Below, piece by piece: positions 1-13,896 of a stretch of 64,000 nucleotides of DNA. The notes below the pieces were generated by a model that saw nothing but the letters and a program-made list of their open reading frames with translations, did no database searches and was not told the origin of the DNA. Numbering within the stretch: position 1 is the stretch's first letter; each line of letters begins with the position of its first letter. The DNA lies in assembly GCA_025201805.1 (NCBI GenBank), contig MU619291.1:8397-72396 (forward strand), written 5' to 3'. The position numbers and the translations under genes were made by a program. This DNA is from Parasitella parasitica NRRL 2501 (Eukaryota > Fungi > Mucoromycota).

Positions 1-299
1 CGATTTTTTGTACTATAATGTATCAATGAAGATTTATGATAACATTTCTAAAGCTAATAGATAATGTGCAGAATTATCTAGTTTGTTAGCAGTGCTTTTA
101 CACTCTAACTGAATATTTGTTTAGTTCTTTTTGATTCAGTGAAGCGAAAACAAAAATATGTGTAACCGCACAAGAGGACTTATTTTAGGTCGCGTAAACT
201 ACTTCATACCAAACGCTTTCTATCACTATCGACACAATGCTTGATATCTCTAGTAGTTATATGAAAACTAAATCTTGATCAATCATTATGCATATAACT

Positions 300-855
300 T
301 GCTATAAATCTTGTTTTGGCGGCATCTCGAGAACTAAGTGACAGATATATTGCAATTTGGAAAGCATGGTGGTTCAGGTACAGTTTTTGTACCAGAGCTA
401 GGGTGTATGCTTTTCTTGGAACCCAAATCCATACCTCAAAATGATTCTGAAGATTACCCCAAATTTGAAACTGAAAATTGAATATGAGGTGTGGCGTCCA
501 AACTTATAGCAAAATCTGAATAATGGTTAGAAATATATATATATTCGAGAGTTGGATACGTTGTTATCGAAGAGTTGAAATGAAAAATATTTTGGCTGAA
601 AATTGTATCTTCATCGCTTAATAGTTTGTAAAGATAGCAGTAATTAAAAATTATGCGTTTAAGCTTGAGAAAAGGGTATGTCTTTGAATTGATGGTATGT
701 ATTTTATCCAAAAATGAAGGTTTTTTTACATAAGTGGTTTTGAAGTTCGTTTTATTATGCATTATCCCATTTATGGATATACATATTGAGACATACACAA
801 GGTACCCATTAGAATTATGCTTTGCTCTACAGTTGAAAATAGGTGTTGCACTCAT
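300..855. repeat. Diverged direct repeat, copy A (partner ~1810-2340); probable non-coding TE relic
   Basis: Colinear similarity, e.g. tgtatgcttttcttggaacccaaatccatacctcaaaatgattctgaagattaccccaaatttgaaactgaaaattgaat (~404-483) vs tgtatgcttggtttggaccccaaattcgtacctaaaaatgaccctgaggatcgacccaaagttgaaaactgaaaatcgaat (~1906-1986). Similarity continues to ttgaaaataggtgttgcact / ttgaaatagatacttcact. Boundaries are approximate. Confidence 0.75.
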
Positions 856-1809
856 TTTCAGCAAAAAAAAAAAGGGCTTTAGATTGAATCTCAGCACTGT
901 GTTTCCATTCGACCCAAACCAGATTTCAGCTTTTTTTCGCATACTTTATTCCTATATATCTCAAAAAAATAATAAGTATATTGGATATGCATACTAAGTG
1001 TTTTATGACAAGAAATGAATTCTGGATCTAACCATATACATTACAAGGATAGGGAAACACTTTTTCTTATCACCAATTTTCAAATATTCATAAAACGACT
1101 TTTTTGATTGTTTTTCAGTAAAATCAAGCATATTTTGAGCACATTCAGTTTTATAAAGTTGGCCAAACACACCATCATGTCAATAACTACACATCAATAT
1201 CTTGTTCACAATGGTGGCTTCATTTTCGGGGCCAAAAATCAAAATCTTGTTTCCACTATAATGAATTTACAATTTTCCGGTCCTATGTTTAGAGGGCCAA
1301 AATGAAGCCATTCAAAAGGGTAAAAATTGATTCCATTTTTTGAGATTTTCACACTCAAAAATTGATATTTTTTGACCAAACAAAAACCATTTCGTAGCCG
1401 CTTTATAGGTCTATTTTTGTATTACTATATCGTGTATCTGTATTTACCAGTTATTGCTCTGAAAGTTGTGACAATAAATCCGGCCTCTGCTAAAAACATA
1501 CGAAAAAATATTTTTTTCGATATATCTATCTAAATAATAATACATCTACTAGAGAATTAGGTTTCAAAAAGATTTCACTAATCGCTCCAGCTCAAGTGTC
1601 ATAGTGGTTTTTTGAGCAACAGGGGAACAAAGTTTCGTGTAAAAAGACAAAATTGGCCTAAGCTTGCCGAATTCGAGCTTGAATGCGACATGTTTATTAC
1701 CAGTAGGTGGACCAAATTTTGCTCTATTACTTTACTTAGGAACTTGAACTTAGTATAGTTGCAAAATATGGTACTTGTAATAGGAGCATATGCTGTAAAA
1801 TCTGCCAAA

Positions 1810-2340
1810 TCTGTAAAACCTAGTTATGTCAATATCTCGACAGTAAAGTTAGATATCAAGAATCGAAGGACGTAGTGACGTACAGTTATCATACTAGTAT
1901 TAGTTTGTATGCTTGGTTTGGACCCCAAATTCGTACCTAAAAATGACCCTGAGGATCGACCCAAAGTTGAAAACTGAAAATCGAATCGGAGGTTTGGTGT
2001 CCAAACACAGCAAAATTTTAAAAACGGTCAGAGATTCATAAGACTTGGACATGTTGTAAATTGCAGCGAAAAAAGAAGTTTTTGGCTGACGGTTGTGGTT
2101 CCATTGCTTGCTTGATAGTCTGTTAAAGTATCAGAAATTGTAGATTATGCTTTTAAGCGGGGAAAAAGGTGATGGCCATGATTAAGTGGCATTTATCTTA
2201 ACCAAAACATAAAGATACATAAAAATAGCTTTCAGATCATATTTTACAGCATCTTTACTATTGATTCATATCAAGACTTAATCAGGTTGTTTATGGAATA
2301 TATCCTTTGCTCCTCAATTGAAATAGATACTTCACTGCTA
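1810..2340. repeat. Diverged direct repeat, copy B (partner ~300-855)
   Basis: Same visual alignment as copy A; boundaries approximate. Confidence 0.75.
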
Positions 2341-4591
2341 AATGGCTGTATTCGCATTGGTAAATTCAAGCTCAGAAATATGATGCTGCCATTGATATCT
2401 CAAAAGATAAAAAGTATAATACTGTATATGTTTGCTGAATGTTTTTTGTCAGCCTTTAAATCCTGCATCAAACCACATTAATTATATTAGGCATCAAAAA
2501 CACCTTTCCAAATATTCCAAATAGCTTTTCTACTGCGATTTTTGACATCTTCACAGTAAAAACACCTTATTGAAGTTTCAATTCTAAAACCGGATGTCAA
2601 TATAATATAAACTCATACTGAAGAGTAAAACATCAGATCATAAAATAATATGACATGACATTTGGGATAGATACAATCTACCCTATCTCCCGGATCTCAT
2701 CACTAAAACTTTTATCCTCACATCGCTTCCCTCAGTTCATAGAAAGTATATAAACCCTCTATTTTTGAATGTAATGAACTGATCTTTACCTGATTAATTT
2801 CTACTTAAACTTTTCTGATAAATCAAAATCTATCTAAATCAATCTATAAAATACAATCAGGTCATGTTTGACTTTTAATTGTCAAACAAGATTATAACAT
2901 AGTAGTAGTCAGAGCAAGACCTATTTCTATATTTAATCAGCTAATCGTTATGAATGTGAATCATTCATCGATAAGTTGAGCGTCGCAATTTAGAATAAGT
3001 AGAACCCAAATAGATGGTTTCTTATACAAGACATTTTATTGAATACTTCTATTTATTAGATAGAATAATCGATGCCATTTAACCTTAGATCCGATCAGGG
3101 ACGGTTGCCATGACAACTGAGTTAAACCAGTGGTAACCATGGTATTCTATGGATACAACAAGCTTGATTTGGAATCTCTAAGGTAGCTCCATTTGAGATG
3201 AAATTCAATTACTTTTTCGTGGGAAGTTCTATTACTTCAGCAAAACATCATCATTACAAACAATTAGTATTTATACTTTTCAGATAGTTATTACAGCAAC
3301 TGGGATAATAATTGATAAAATTTTATGACTACATTGACATATACAGATTCATTACTATTGTTTAGTTTGATATGCTTTATTATTGTCATGATTAATCCAG
3401 GAGCATGGGCTGATGTGGCATATCGATTTGTTGTTCCATGCTTTATAAATTAAGCTCAACAAAAGATTTTGCATTAGATCCCAAAAACTCCAATGTTGAA
3501 AAGTTTAAGTGTATCGGATATATGTATTTACGGTTTCCTTTTAAGAGCTAAAATTCTGTATCAGACCATATAGATTACACTTCCTATTAGCAATTTTTAT
3601 CTTCTGTTCTAGAAAGAATTTTTTCGTAAAGCAAAATCATCTACAATTTGGATCGATGCAGACTTTAAAAAGTTAATCCTGCATAAACATATCTAAATGA
3701 AAAATAACATAACAGAGTACACATTACTATTATTAAATTTATGACACTATTTTATGGAATGGAATTATTACGAGTTTGCGAAAATTGGCAAACTACAAGC
3801 GCTTGTCTACCAGACGATAATAAATTTTTTTTTGAAAAAAAAAGCACGAAACGTGATATAAAAGTTTTATGTATAGTACAACATACAACAGGAAGAAATT
3901 AATAGTAACTAGCATACGTAGGAATATTGGGCTCGAATCATCAGTCTATTCAAACCATATGTAGGTTGAGGACTAATGTTTTTTCTCCGGGAACATTCTT
4001 ACTTTATGGAGTGCATTTAAACTGTCTGGATACGATAAACAGGAACTTATTGGCTTTGATGCATGTACATACTCTAGCTATTTACATTTTATATACATCG
4101 ATCTATACGAATATCAGAACTTTTTTTTAAAAAAAAGCAAAAACTCTTGTCTATATTTCTTTTATTTTAAACACTGCCTTTGATTCATAGGTATGTTTTG
4201 AGTGGTGATTGCCAGAATTTTAAATAAAAAAGAGCCAGGAATGTTGTTCTTATTAAGCTGTGCCAATTTTAAGCTTGAATCAAGATTCATTTAATGTTTT
4301 ATTTTGGGATTCGTTATAAAATCCGCCATACAGTATAGAAATTTGAATAAAACTACCCCCATGAAAACAATAGGTTTGATGCTCTTCTCGACACCATTTT
4401 CTATGATGTCAAATATCAACAATCTTCAAGTGTAAATAGATACCCAATCCAGGCATAATTTCAACTTGAATACCCAGAAATTATAAATGGTTCAGTGTGA
4501 AATATCTCCCTCTCCCAGTTAAAAATTATTACTCTTGCAAGCAAACATTAGCAGCCTTCTTCCACTCTCTTTACGTTTATCCTTTTATATT

Positions 4592-5980
4592 ATGTCATTC
4601 ATCCCTACCAGATCAACATGGATTGATCGGTCGACTACTGTAAATCAATATCATCCGCCACATGCCTTTAAATTGCCTTTTATTCATCCAATCGCTACCA
4701 TAACACAGACGGATTATGTCACATCCACCATCACCGCATCTAGCGTGCCTGAGCCAACAGTGGTTGTACCTGAATCAGAAACAGACCTTTACTCCGAAGA
4801 TGTTTGGGAGCACCGTATCCACAGATACTTGCCAGTGATTCTTGCCTTTGCCATTATTGGCATATTAGCTATTCTTGGAGGTCTTGCTTACCTGGCATAC
4901 CGTTTGTATCAGGCTTCAAAGCAACGCCGCCGCCAAAATACCGAAGGTAATGATAATAATAGCGACGAGGAAAAGAAACCAATTAGCCCAATTTCGGCTA
5001 CATTATCCAACATTATACCATGGCTAGCTGTAACATCACCAAAAGGAAACCCGGCTGACGTAGAAGAGCCTTATTTAGATTTCCAACCACAGCAGCGAGA
5101 GCCTATCCGATACGAAAAGTCCGATTTGAAGCGCATTATGGATGTTGACGATGATGTTGCTTCTGCTAACACCAGACGGCCCTCCTTGGCACCTTCATGG
5201 TTGGCCAAGATACTCCCAAACAAATTCACGACGACCATTAATTTCTCAGGCCCATCACGTAGACACATGTCACTACCTATTCTATTCTCTGGCAATGACG
5301 GACAGACCATAGAGAATCTGCACATCCCCATTTCATCAACTTTTGTTCCAATTGAAAAATCATCACTGACGCTAGTACCTCGTTCTGAAATCTGGCTCGA
5401 CCCTCAACGTAGACGTGGTGTGGATGAGTTGGATATGTGGGAGAGAAAAAACAGCGATACCGAAATCCAAACCATTGCAGTGCCTGAGCCGCAACCCGTG
5501 TGGCGCTTCCCATCACAGCAAAATGCCTATCCCGACTCGCCAGAATCGTTTGAGCGCAGATTCTCTTTGCCTGAAAGACGATCACTTCATATCGATAGCA
5601 GAAGGAACTCTATCAGCCATCGCTCATCAACAACGACTATGCAGGAAAACAAGCAGCCTAGCCGTAGTAGATCCGAAGTAAGTAGATAAATGCTCCCGTG
5701 CAAATGCGCTGCTATAAATAATCTCGCTAATGACCAACTTATTTAATAGTCTACGGCAAGGTATATGTTGGATGATGTAGCCCAGCCCTCTTCTTCATAT
5801 GCAGCGTATCCTAACCATGAAAACGATCAATTTTCAAAGATTGCTATCACTGTGAAGCTACCCAAATCAAAGCAAGACGAGATGAGCGACGTGAGACTTG
5901 CTAGACAGGCACTGCAAACGAGCCGGTTGAAAAACAGCAGTAGTCAATGGTTGCGTTCCTCTGGAAGCAAAAGCTTTTAA
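4592..5980 (+). CDS. Hypothetical single-pass membrane protein (2 exons: 4592-5677, 5750-5980)
   Basis: ATG at 4592 within the 384-aa ORF. Ser/Thr/Pro-rich N-terminus, one hydrophobic segment (LPVILAFAIIGILAILGGLAYLAY) followed by a basic stop-transfer (KQRRR). A phase-0 GTAAGT...CTAA...TAG intron at 5678-5749 joins it in frame to ORF 5765-5980. Confidence 0.7.
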
Positions 5981-6304
5981 TATCTAACAAATTTTATTAA
6001 TCTATTATTCTCTTCTGGTCAGAAAATTATTCTATATTCTGTAATTCTATTATTTCTTTTCTCAATAAAAATTCATCTTTGTACAGAAACTCTTTGCTGT
6101 TGTTACTTGACGGAATCTACTCTCTCAAGAGATGAGCAAAAAGCACAAATTAAATCTTGCCTGGTATTGCTGAATGCGGAAACGGAATAATGTTTGATGT
6201 GAAAGCATCGCAAATAAAAAAAAAACCTCAGATTTTGTGTTATATTATTTCACCTTTTTTAAACCTTCACACTCTGTAATTGCATCCAGCAGAGAAGCAA
6301 TTAA

Positions 6305-9300
6305 ATGCCACCTGCAAGCAAGCCGGCAATGCTAACACCAACACAAGCACCTACACCGAGCGGTATACCAGATGTTTTTGTCATAGATGAACAAAAGATT
6401 CAGGCTAGCGAGAATACCGAAAAGCAAGAGCTGTATGTGCTGCAATGGCTAGCACAGGTTGAACGCGAAAGCAAAACGGTCGACGTAGTAAGTGCCCAAC
6501 AGGCATCTCCTTGTGCAGCATTTGCTCAACACCTTTGCATAGGAACTGCTGAAAATGGCACAGCCCATTATAGAAAAGACATTGTTTCGCCTTATATCTC
6601 TTGTAACAGCGAAGCCTAGAAGACCGATTCGCTTTTTGATAGGGAGATGCTATGTTATTCTATACACTCGAGGCGATACCAGAACACTATTCGACTCGGT
6701 TACAGCGTTGCATAGTCTTATAAGCGCAAACAAAAATATCGACAAGGAAACTAGAATGTAATTTTAGCCGACATACAGGCCTTGACAGTGACACTGATAC
6801 ATGTTTTTATTGTCTGCATAGTGCTGCTATTGCCACAACCGGCGCTATTATGGGTGCATCTGGGGGGAAGGTAGGATCAAATAGTGTATGAAAACCAAAC
6901 ACCCCATTCTTATGCAACATAGGTTCTGTCTTTATTTGCAGACACAGCCACGATATTTCTCAAATTGATCAAGACCAGCAGCGTATGGCGATTTTCCACA
7001 GTCTATTGCAAGCAATTTGTATTAACCCACATCCCCATCGCCATTGTAGAACCCTTTGCTGATGAAATTGGAGACCATTACAGCATTCACATTGCTTTTA
7101 AAAGGTGCAGGAAAGGCGGCAACAGAGCAAATTTTGAAAGATTTGATGAAGCAGTTGCGACATGGACTCGTTGACAAAGCACTCGTCCTTAGGATCGCAT
7201 CTGCACAAGTGAGGGTTTCAGTGTACACAGCCATTTGGAATTGCCATGACTTACCCTTTTATCAATAGTGTATGCAAGCTGTCATCCAACATGCCATTCA
7301 GACACTGACACCGCACGACATAGAAGGATTATTGCAGCACTGTTTCAAAGCATTCGATAGCTCGACATTTCCCGTACGCAGAGCCGTATCGTCACTATGC
7401 GCAACCTTGCTAGTATTCACCCAGTCGCAAGCAACTGTAGATCCCAGTAAACCCAACGTCAAGCATGCGTTGACAGGAGAGGGGTCAAAAAAGACAGAGG
7501 AGGCTCTTGGCAAAGGGGTGACACTCATGTCGACAGAGGAAATGCTCGGCCAGCTGTCGTCCTGCTACAACCGACTGAATGCATCAAGAGAGCTCAAGAC
7601 TGGAATCATCGAGACGTACGCTACCTTGTTTGTGCTGTTAGGAACAGAATTCGTGGAAGCCAATTACGCCGTAATCACAAAGCATATTCTGTGCGAAATT
7701 CTGGACCCAAGCAGGATCAGCACTGCCTCAGAAGGCGCTTATTTGAGATCTCATGTCAACTTTTTACTTCACCATACGATTGGAAAGAGTCTACTGAGCG
7801 AACAAGGGCAAGCAAATGCGATTCGACTGTTGGTCAGTAACTGGATCAAGAAATGGCCTGCGCTCATGGCAACTCAAAGTGCCCCAAATAAAGACGTTTT
7901 GATTTGTGTGATAAATCTAGTGTCTGAACTGGTTTGCGAGCTTGAAGGCGCATCGAGCTCTGTGCAGGTAAGCACCATTGCAAAAAAAAAAAAAATGCAT
8001 CCATTGACTAATAATCTCGTAGGGCGTTCTGGTCGAGCCACTATTTGTATTACTGACACACACCAGCTTCTCGGTGCAAATTGCGGCGGTTTGGTGCATT
8101 CGCTGTGTCTGCAATGCTTTGCCCACCAACTTGTTATACTTGCTGCCCAAGTCCCTCAACCTGCTTGAAAAGAATCTCGGCAACCTGACAAATCAGACCA
8201 CCACGGCTGTAGTATTTCAGCGCACTATTGCATATGCGTACACTGTTGCATCTATCATGAGCGTATTTCCAGCACATCCCATCTACACATCATTTGAATT
8301 GAGTGCCAGAGCCATGGCACTTGCAAACCAGCTCATCAAACAGACCAACAAAGACCCCAAGATTGCTAGTGTTCAAGTGCAAGTTGCTTGGACACTGGTT
8401 GGCTCTGTCATGTGTCTAGGCCCCAATCTTGTCAAAATCCACCTGCCACAGCTGCTCTTGCTTTGGAAAAGTGATTTGCCCAAGCCCACGGGAAAAGAGG
8501 CCAACGCGATCCGATCTGAGCCAGAATGGTCGCTTCTGTTTCATAGGCGCGAATGCGTAACCAGCTCAATATACAGCTTCTTGGCTCACAACAGCCAATC
8601 GCTTGTGACGCTGGACATAGCAAAGAGAATCGCAGCATTGCTGAACAACACGCTTGCGTTTCTGGCTACAGCACCAACAACTTTTGCCGTAACAACAATG
8701 TCGCCTTGCACGCCTCACGAAACCAGACTGATCGACCAGTTCTACTCTCTACGACGACGCATCTTCCAATGCTTCATCACCATTAGACCTTTGTTGTCCA
8801 CCTATGAATCTTCGCTTAGTAGTCTGCTCAGAAATTCATTGTCAGTCTTTACCGAGCCTGATCGCATCTCACCGTCATCCGGGGCCCATCATCAAGTAAC
8901 GGCAACTGTTCCTGGCCAATTTGTCAGTGTCTGGAATACCGCTGACGGACATGGCTACGGCGTTACCAGTAAAATGCAGGGCTATCATGTCGATGTAGCG
9001 TCACAAAGCCAGGATGGCAGCGAAGAGTCGACACACTCGGGCAAAGAGTGGATGACCAAAGACAGATTTGAGCGTGTGGAGGAGCTTCTTGAGCGACCCA
9101 TCATCGGTTCGCTCGAACTTGATCCGTTTTATTCTTATACCAACATCGACAGCAATCCTCAGCAATCACAGCGACAGCTCGCCAGAAATAAATACGCTAT
9201 TTCTCAGCCTGTCTCGCCATCAACCTCCTACATCGATGCCAGCATTGAGCTATTCGCTACCCTGTTTGCCAACCAACCGGCTTCTATCCAAGAATCGACA

Positions 9301-12300
9301 TTTGAGCTTATGGTCAAGGTTGTCAAGGACCCCAAGTTGGAAAAGAACTCGCCCAAACGAGCTGCGATACTGGTGAACATTGTGGTCGCCTTACTGGGCG
9401 CATTCAAGAACATCATGGCCTTTGCGAAAAAGAAAAAGAGGGAGTCTGTCGAGTTCAGCCCGCGTGCGACCCAACTTGTGCAAGAAATCCTTATGGAAGT
9501 TGTCGTGCACCCCGACCCGTACTTGAGGAATGCCGCAAGCGAGACTATCGGCCGGCTTACCTCCATTGTCGGTGGCTCGTTTGTGGCAGCAGAGATGCAA
9601 CTCTTGGTGGATCTGGTCGTGTCGAACCGTGACCCAGACGTGCGTGCTGGCTGTGCGTTGGCTATAGGCTACATCTACACCCATGTGGGTGGAATGGCTG
9701 CGGCCGCTCATTTGAAGACCATTGTGGGGATCTTGCTATCACTGAGCAGCGATCCTCACCCTGTAGTTCATGCGTGGGCTTTGGAAGCCATGGCAATGAC
9801 GGTAAGTGCTGCTGGCCTCATGTTCTCTGGCTATGTCAATAGCACGCTGGGAATGGTCGCTAAGCTGTATCTAAGCGAGACACACGAGCCAGGAAGTGGT
9901 TCCATTGCAGTTACTAATGCTGGCATGTCCGTTGGCTTTACTGCGTATCAAGAGTTTGGCCGCATCATATACGAGTTGATCGGCACACTGGGTCCTGAGC
10001 TTCAAGCCTCCTCTAAAGTGCGAGAGCTGTGCCTCAACATGGTCGAAGAGCTCAAGCTGGAGCCGGACGAGAGAGTCAATGTGGAAGCTATTCGCTGCAT
10101 TCAACACTTTTTGATGTTTGCACCGAAATTCCTTGACACGCGTGAACTTGTTCCCTATCTTCAGAGCCAAATCACCAGCCTTCATCTGCCTCTCAAGAAA
10201 GCAGCTGTCACCTGTTTGTATCAATTAGTGCAGCGTGATTCAGAGCTTGTATTCAAAGCGGCGCAGCCTGGATTGGATACCGAGCTGTTTAAAATGCTGG
10301 ACACAGATCCCCAATTGTCGGACGTAAAGAATGTGATCAGAAGCTGGCTGCAAGAGACGGCTGTAGCAGAGCCTTCTATCTGGGTCAACATCACGAAGCG
10401 TATCGTCACTGGCTCTGGCGGTAACGCTGGCAACGTAGTAGATGGAGCTGTCAAATCAGCGACAGCAGCTCGCGAACACACATCGGAAGATGGCTACAAT
10501 GATGATTTTGGGGATGACGATGCTGACGGTTTCGTTGACGACGAAGACAATGCAGACATTGCTACCACCGTTGCCGATGCTTCTGGAATAACAGCCAAGC
10601 TATCCGTCAATGTTGAAATACCGCCCAGATGGAGGACACAGTTATTTGCACTGGAATGTCTCCAACAGACTATCGAGCTGGTGTATGCTAGTGGCATCCG
10701 CGAACATTTTAATCTCATCCTGGCTCGTAAGCGACGACAGCAAGCTGGGCTCGGCGACTTCTTGGTCTTTAGAGTCCCTGATTTGATCCGATTGTCCTTT
10801 ACTGCTGCAACTGCCCATGTCAACGAACTGAGGTTAGCAGGCATCAATCTGCTCAAGCTTGTCATTGAAAAGTTCTCCAACACGCTGGATGCTGATTTAG
10901 AAGACATGCTGCTTTTGGAGCAGTATTCGGCTCAAATCGGTGCCGCCCTTACGCCTGCATTCGGTGCTGACTCGTCGTCTGAAATCGTATCTGCTGCCGT
11001 GCGAGTATGTGCCATCTACGTTGGGAGCGGCATTGTAAAGGACCTGTATCAGCTGGGCCGTGTGCTGAAGCTTTTGATCTCGGCGTTAGACAGGTGTAAA
11101 GGCGAATCTAAACTGACTGGCGTAGGTGAGGTGAAAGACCTGAGTCCTCATGCCTCGGTCATGGTCAAATTGTCTGTTCTTAATGCTTGGGCTGAACTCC
11201 AGGTGGCAAGCCAAAAGCAAGCCTACCTGAAGCAAGTGCTACAACCCAATTTAGCCGTATTGAGTCCGATGTGGTTGCGAGCTCTGCAAGACTATGCGCG
11301 AATCCGCCTGGAATCTGACATCGTTGCCCTGTCAAGTCGTTCTACAGAACGTATCCAAGCTTCTTCCAACAGCGGCATTGACTCCATGTACTCTGCTGCT
11401 ACCAAAGATGTGGTGTTGCCATATTATCGCAGATCCTGGCTGAAAATCATGGAAGCAGTAGCTACACTGATTGAAACCAACGCACCATCAATGACAGAAG
11501 CCATTAGCAGCAACCCTGACTCTGAGCAATCTGCCGACCATCCTTCGAATCTATTTTACATTCTGTTTGGCCTATGCATAGAAAGCCTCTCTCGCATCTC
11601 AAGCTCTAGCAGCAACAGGTACGACAACTCAACAATCCCCATCTGTCTCCGGGCTCTTCGGACATTTGTACAGCCGTCTCTTGCTGGAAAGCGGTTCGTG
11701 CCTAAATCAGTATTCCTGGAGCTGATGAATGTGTTTGATCGGTTGATCCAGACGGAAGGTTATCGCATCCAACTTGTCATTATTGAGATCATACAAAGGT
11801 TGATTCAAAGCTACGGAACAGTGTATTTGTGCAACGATCTGGAGGCGGAAACTGACTATCACATTATGGACGTTACCCTGGATCAAGATGCTTTCCCCGC
11901 AACAGCCAAGCTCTACTATCTATTGCGACTTTTGATCAATGTCTTTGTGCAGAATGTCCCTAGGCTTTCAAACAAACCTGCCTCCTCTCGCCGCTCTGCT
12001 CACAGCTCCAAGGAAAATATCCCCTTACTGCTGGGCCCCTCGTTGGACACACTCGCGCTTCTCGTTGACATCACACCCAAGACCTATATAGTGGATTTAT
12101 TAGCCATATGCTTCTATATTTTCTCTGTGATCTTGACAGAGCCCAAATTTGAGACAATGCTTGCACCGCGAGTACTTGTTTCTCTAAAGGCGGTACTGCA
12201 TAATTTTGAGGCTGACCTGAGGGCTGAAGACATCAGTTCCCTATCTAAAATTACATGCGCGATAACACATTCTCTGTTAGACGACTTTAACGAGTAAGTT

Positions 12301-13295
12301 GGCATATGCCGTACGTCTTGACTTTGTAGCAGCTTACCCAAATATCGAAACAGGATCAAATCTGTTGCCTCTCAAAAGAATAGACTCCTTGCTGTAGTCT
12401 TGATCTTGACAGGTTGCCCGTCAGCAGCACTGAGAGATGGCGAGGGCATCAACGTGTTTTTTGCTACGCTTAAAAAGTCGCTAGTTTCAGACAATGTTGA
12501 GGTAANNNNNNNNNNNNNNNNNNNNNNNNNNNNNNNNNNNNNNNNNNNNNNNNNNAAAAAAAAAAAAAAAAAAAAAAAATACACCAAAGGATGATCTGTA
12601 GGCGTGTCATACTGATATATACATATATATATATTTGCATATATATTGTAAATCCAAGTAGCTTTCCATCACTGCGCACCAATGTCTGCGCAACTTTATT
12701 AGTCTTTTAGAAAAGAAGGGCAGTGTTCCTGCATTGGCTAGTCTGGCACAAGCTGTGGTGAAATCAACGCTGTCATTTATCATTGAGCATATCCTCAAGT
12801 CCAAAGCTAGCAAGGATAATGCGAGTGATGTGGCACTAGCTGCACTCGACCAAGACGTCAAGACAGTGCTGACTCTATTGAATGGTGTTCCAGAAGAACA
12901 GAGTAAGTCCATAGATAGATAGCCATCAAAGCAGCCTAGTGAAAGCTGATTATTCTGTAATGATAGAGCCGACTTTCCTCGGCGTCATCCTGCCAACACT
13001 CACACACCTGTTGGATGATCCGCCCTATAACGGCCATGAAACCAAGGTCCATGAAGCCACACTGGTCAACTTGTTAGCGATCGCCACCAGCACCCCAGCT
13101 GTTTTCCGCGATACCGTCTCGAAATTACCAGGCAATGTAAAAACCAAACTCGAATCTGCCATGCGCTTTAGCATTCTGGCTAGTCAGGAGCAGCAACAGA
13201 GACAGCAACAAAAGGAGCAGCAGCTAAGGGCTGCCTATGAAGATAGCAAACAGCCTACCATTGCGCTGAAGATGGACTTTAGCAATTTTGGATAG
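6305..13295 (+). CDS. LAA1: HEAT-repeat protein HEATR5/Laa1 family (AP-1 clathrin adaptor accessory protein), multi-exon
   Basis: About 2000 aa of HEAT-like helical sequence across ORFs 6305, 6555, 7056, 7272, 8074 (1407 aa), 12400, 12734 and 12939, separated by GT-AG introns. Family motifs: HLPQLLLLWK, RAGCALAIGYIYTHVGGM, DPHPVVHAWAL, PRWRTQLFA, LLEQYSAQIGAALTPAF and C-terminal PTIALKMDFSNF. An N gap (12506-12555) lies in an intron. Confidence 0.9.
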
Positions 13296-13896
13296 AATAT
13301 AATGAATAAAACGACATTGTACAAGCAAATCTGCGCGGCGCTGCTGCAAAGCAAAGTACACAACTAGTCTTTCTTTAGTGAATGAAACTTGCATGTTTGA
13401 AAATCCACTTTGATAAGATGACCCCATATGGTGGTACAGCAATTGGCATTGATAGCGATCAAACGGGGGGGGGTGTGTTTTAACAGAAAAATCTGGTTTC
13501 ATTTCTCATGTCGCGGACAAAGCTGTTGTATTCTACGACTTTGGTCCACCATCGTAAGTTGCAGCAGAAAAACTTTCAACTAGATCAAGCGTGAGCTGAT
13601 ATACAGACAGATAGATATACAGTTTATTATGCACAAGGACACAGAAAGAGCATTGTTTGATCCATAAAGCAAAAGGCACACAGGAAGCTACGGTCGATAA
13701 TGCCATTTGAAGCTTCTTGCGCGCCATCGCGGCAACAGGACATAAGGCGCGGAGAAGACGGAAGTAAATTCAGTGGATATGTGTGACTAAACGGAGTCTT
13801 GACAAATGGAGCAATATAATAGACAGATCATATAAATATAGCACAATGCAACCTTTTCCCTAGTTCTTTGTGTTCACAAAAAAGAAAAAAGAAAAA

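Noticed and set aside
454-2481. Short ORFs (162, 87, 65, 69, 64 aa) in the first 2.5 kb
   Set aside because: AT-rich, no recognisable motifs, and frames are not preserved between the two duplicated copies.
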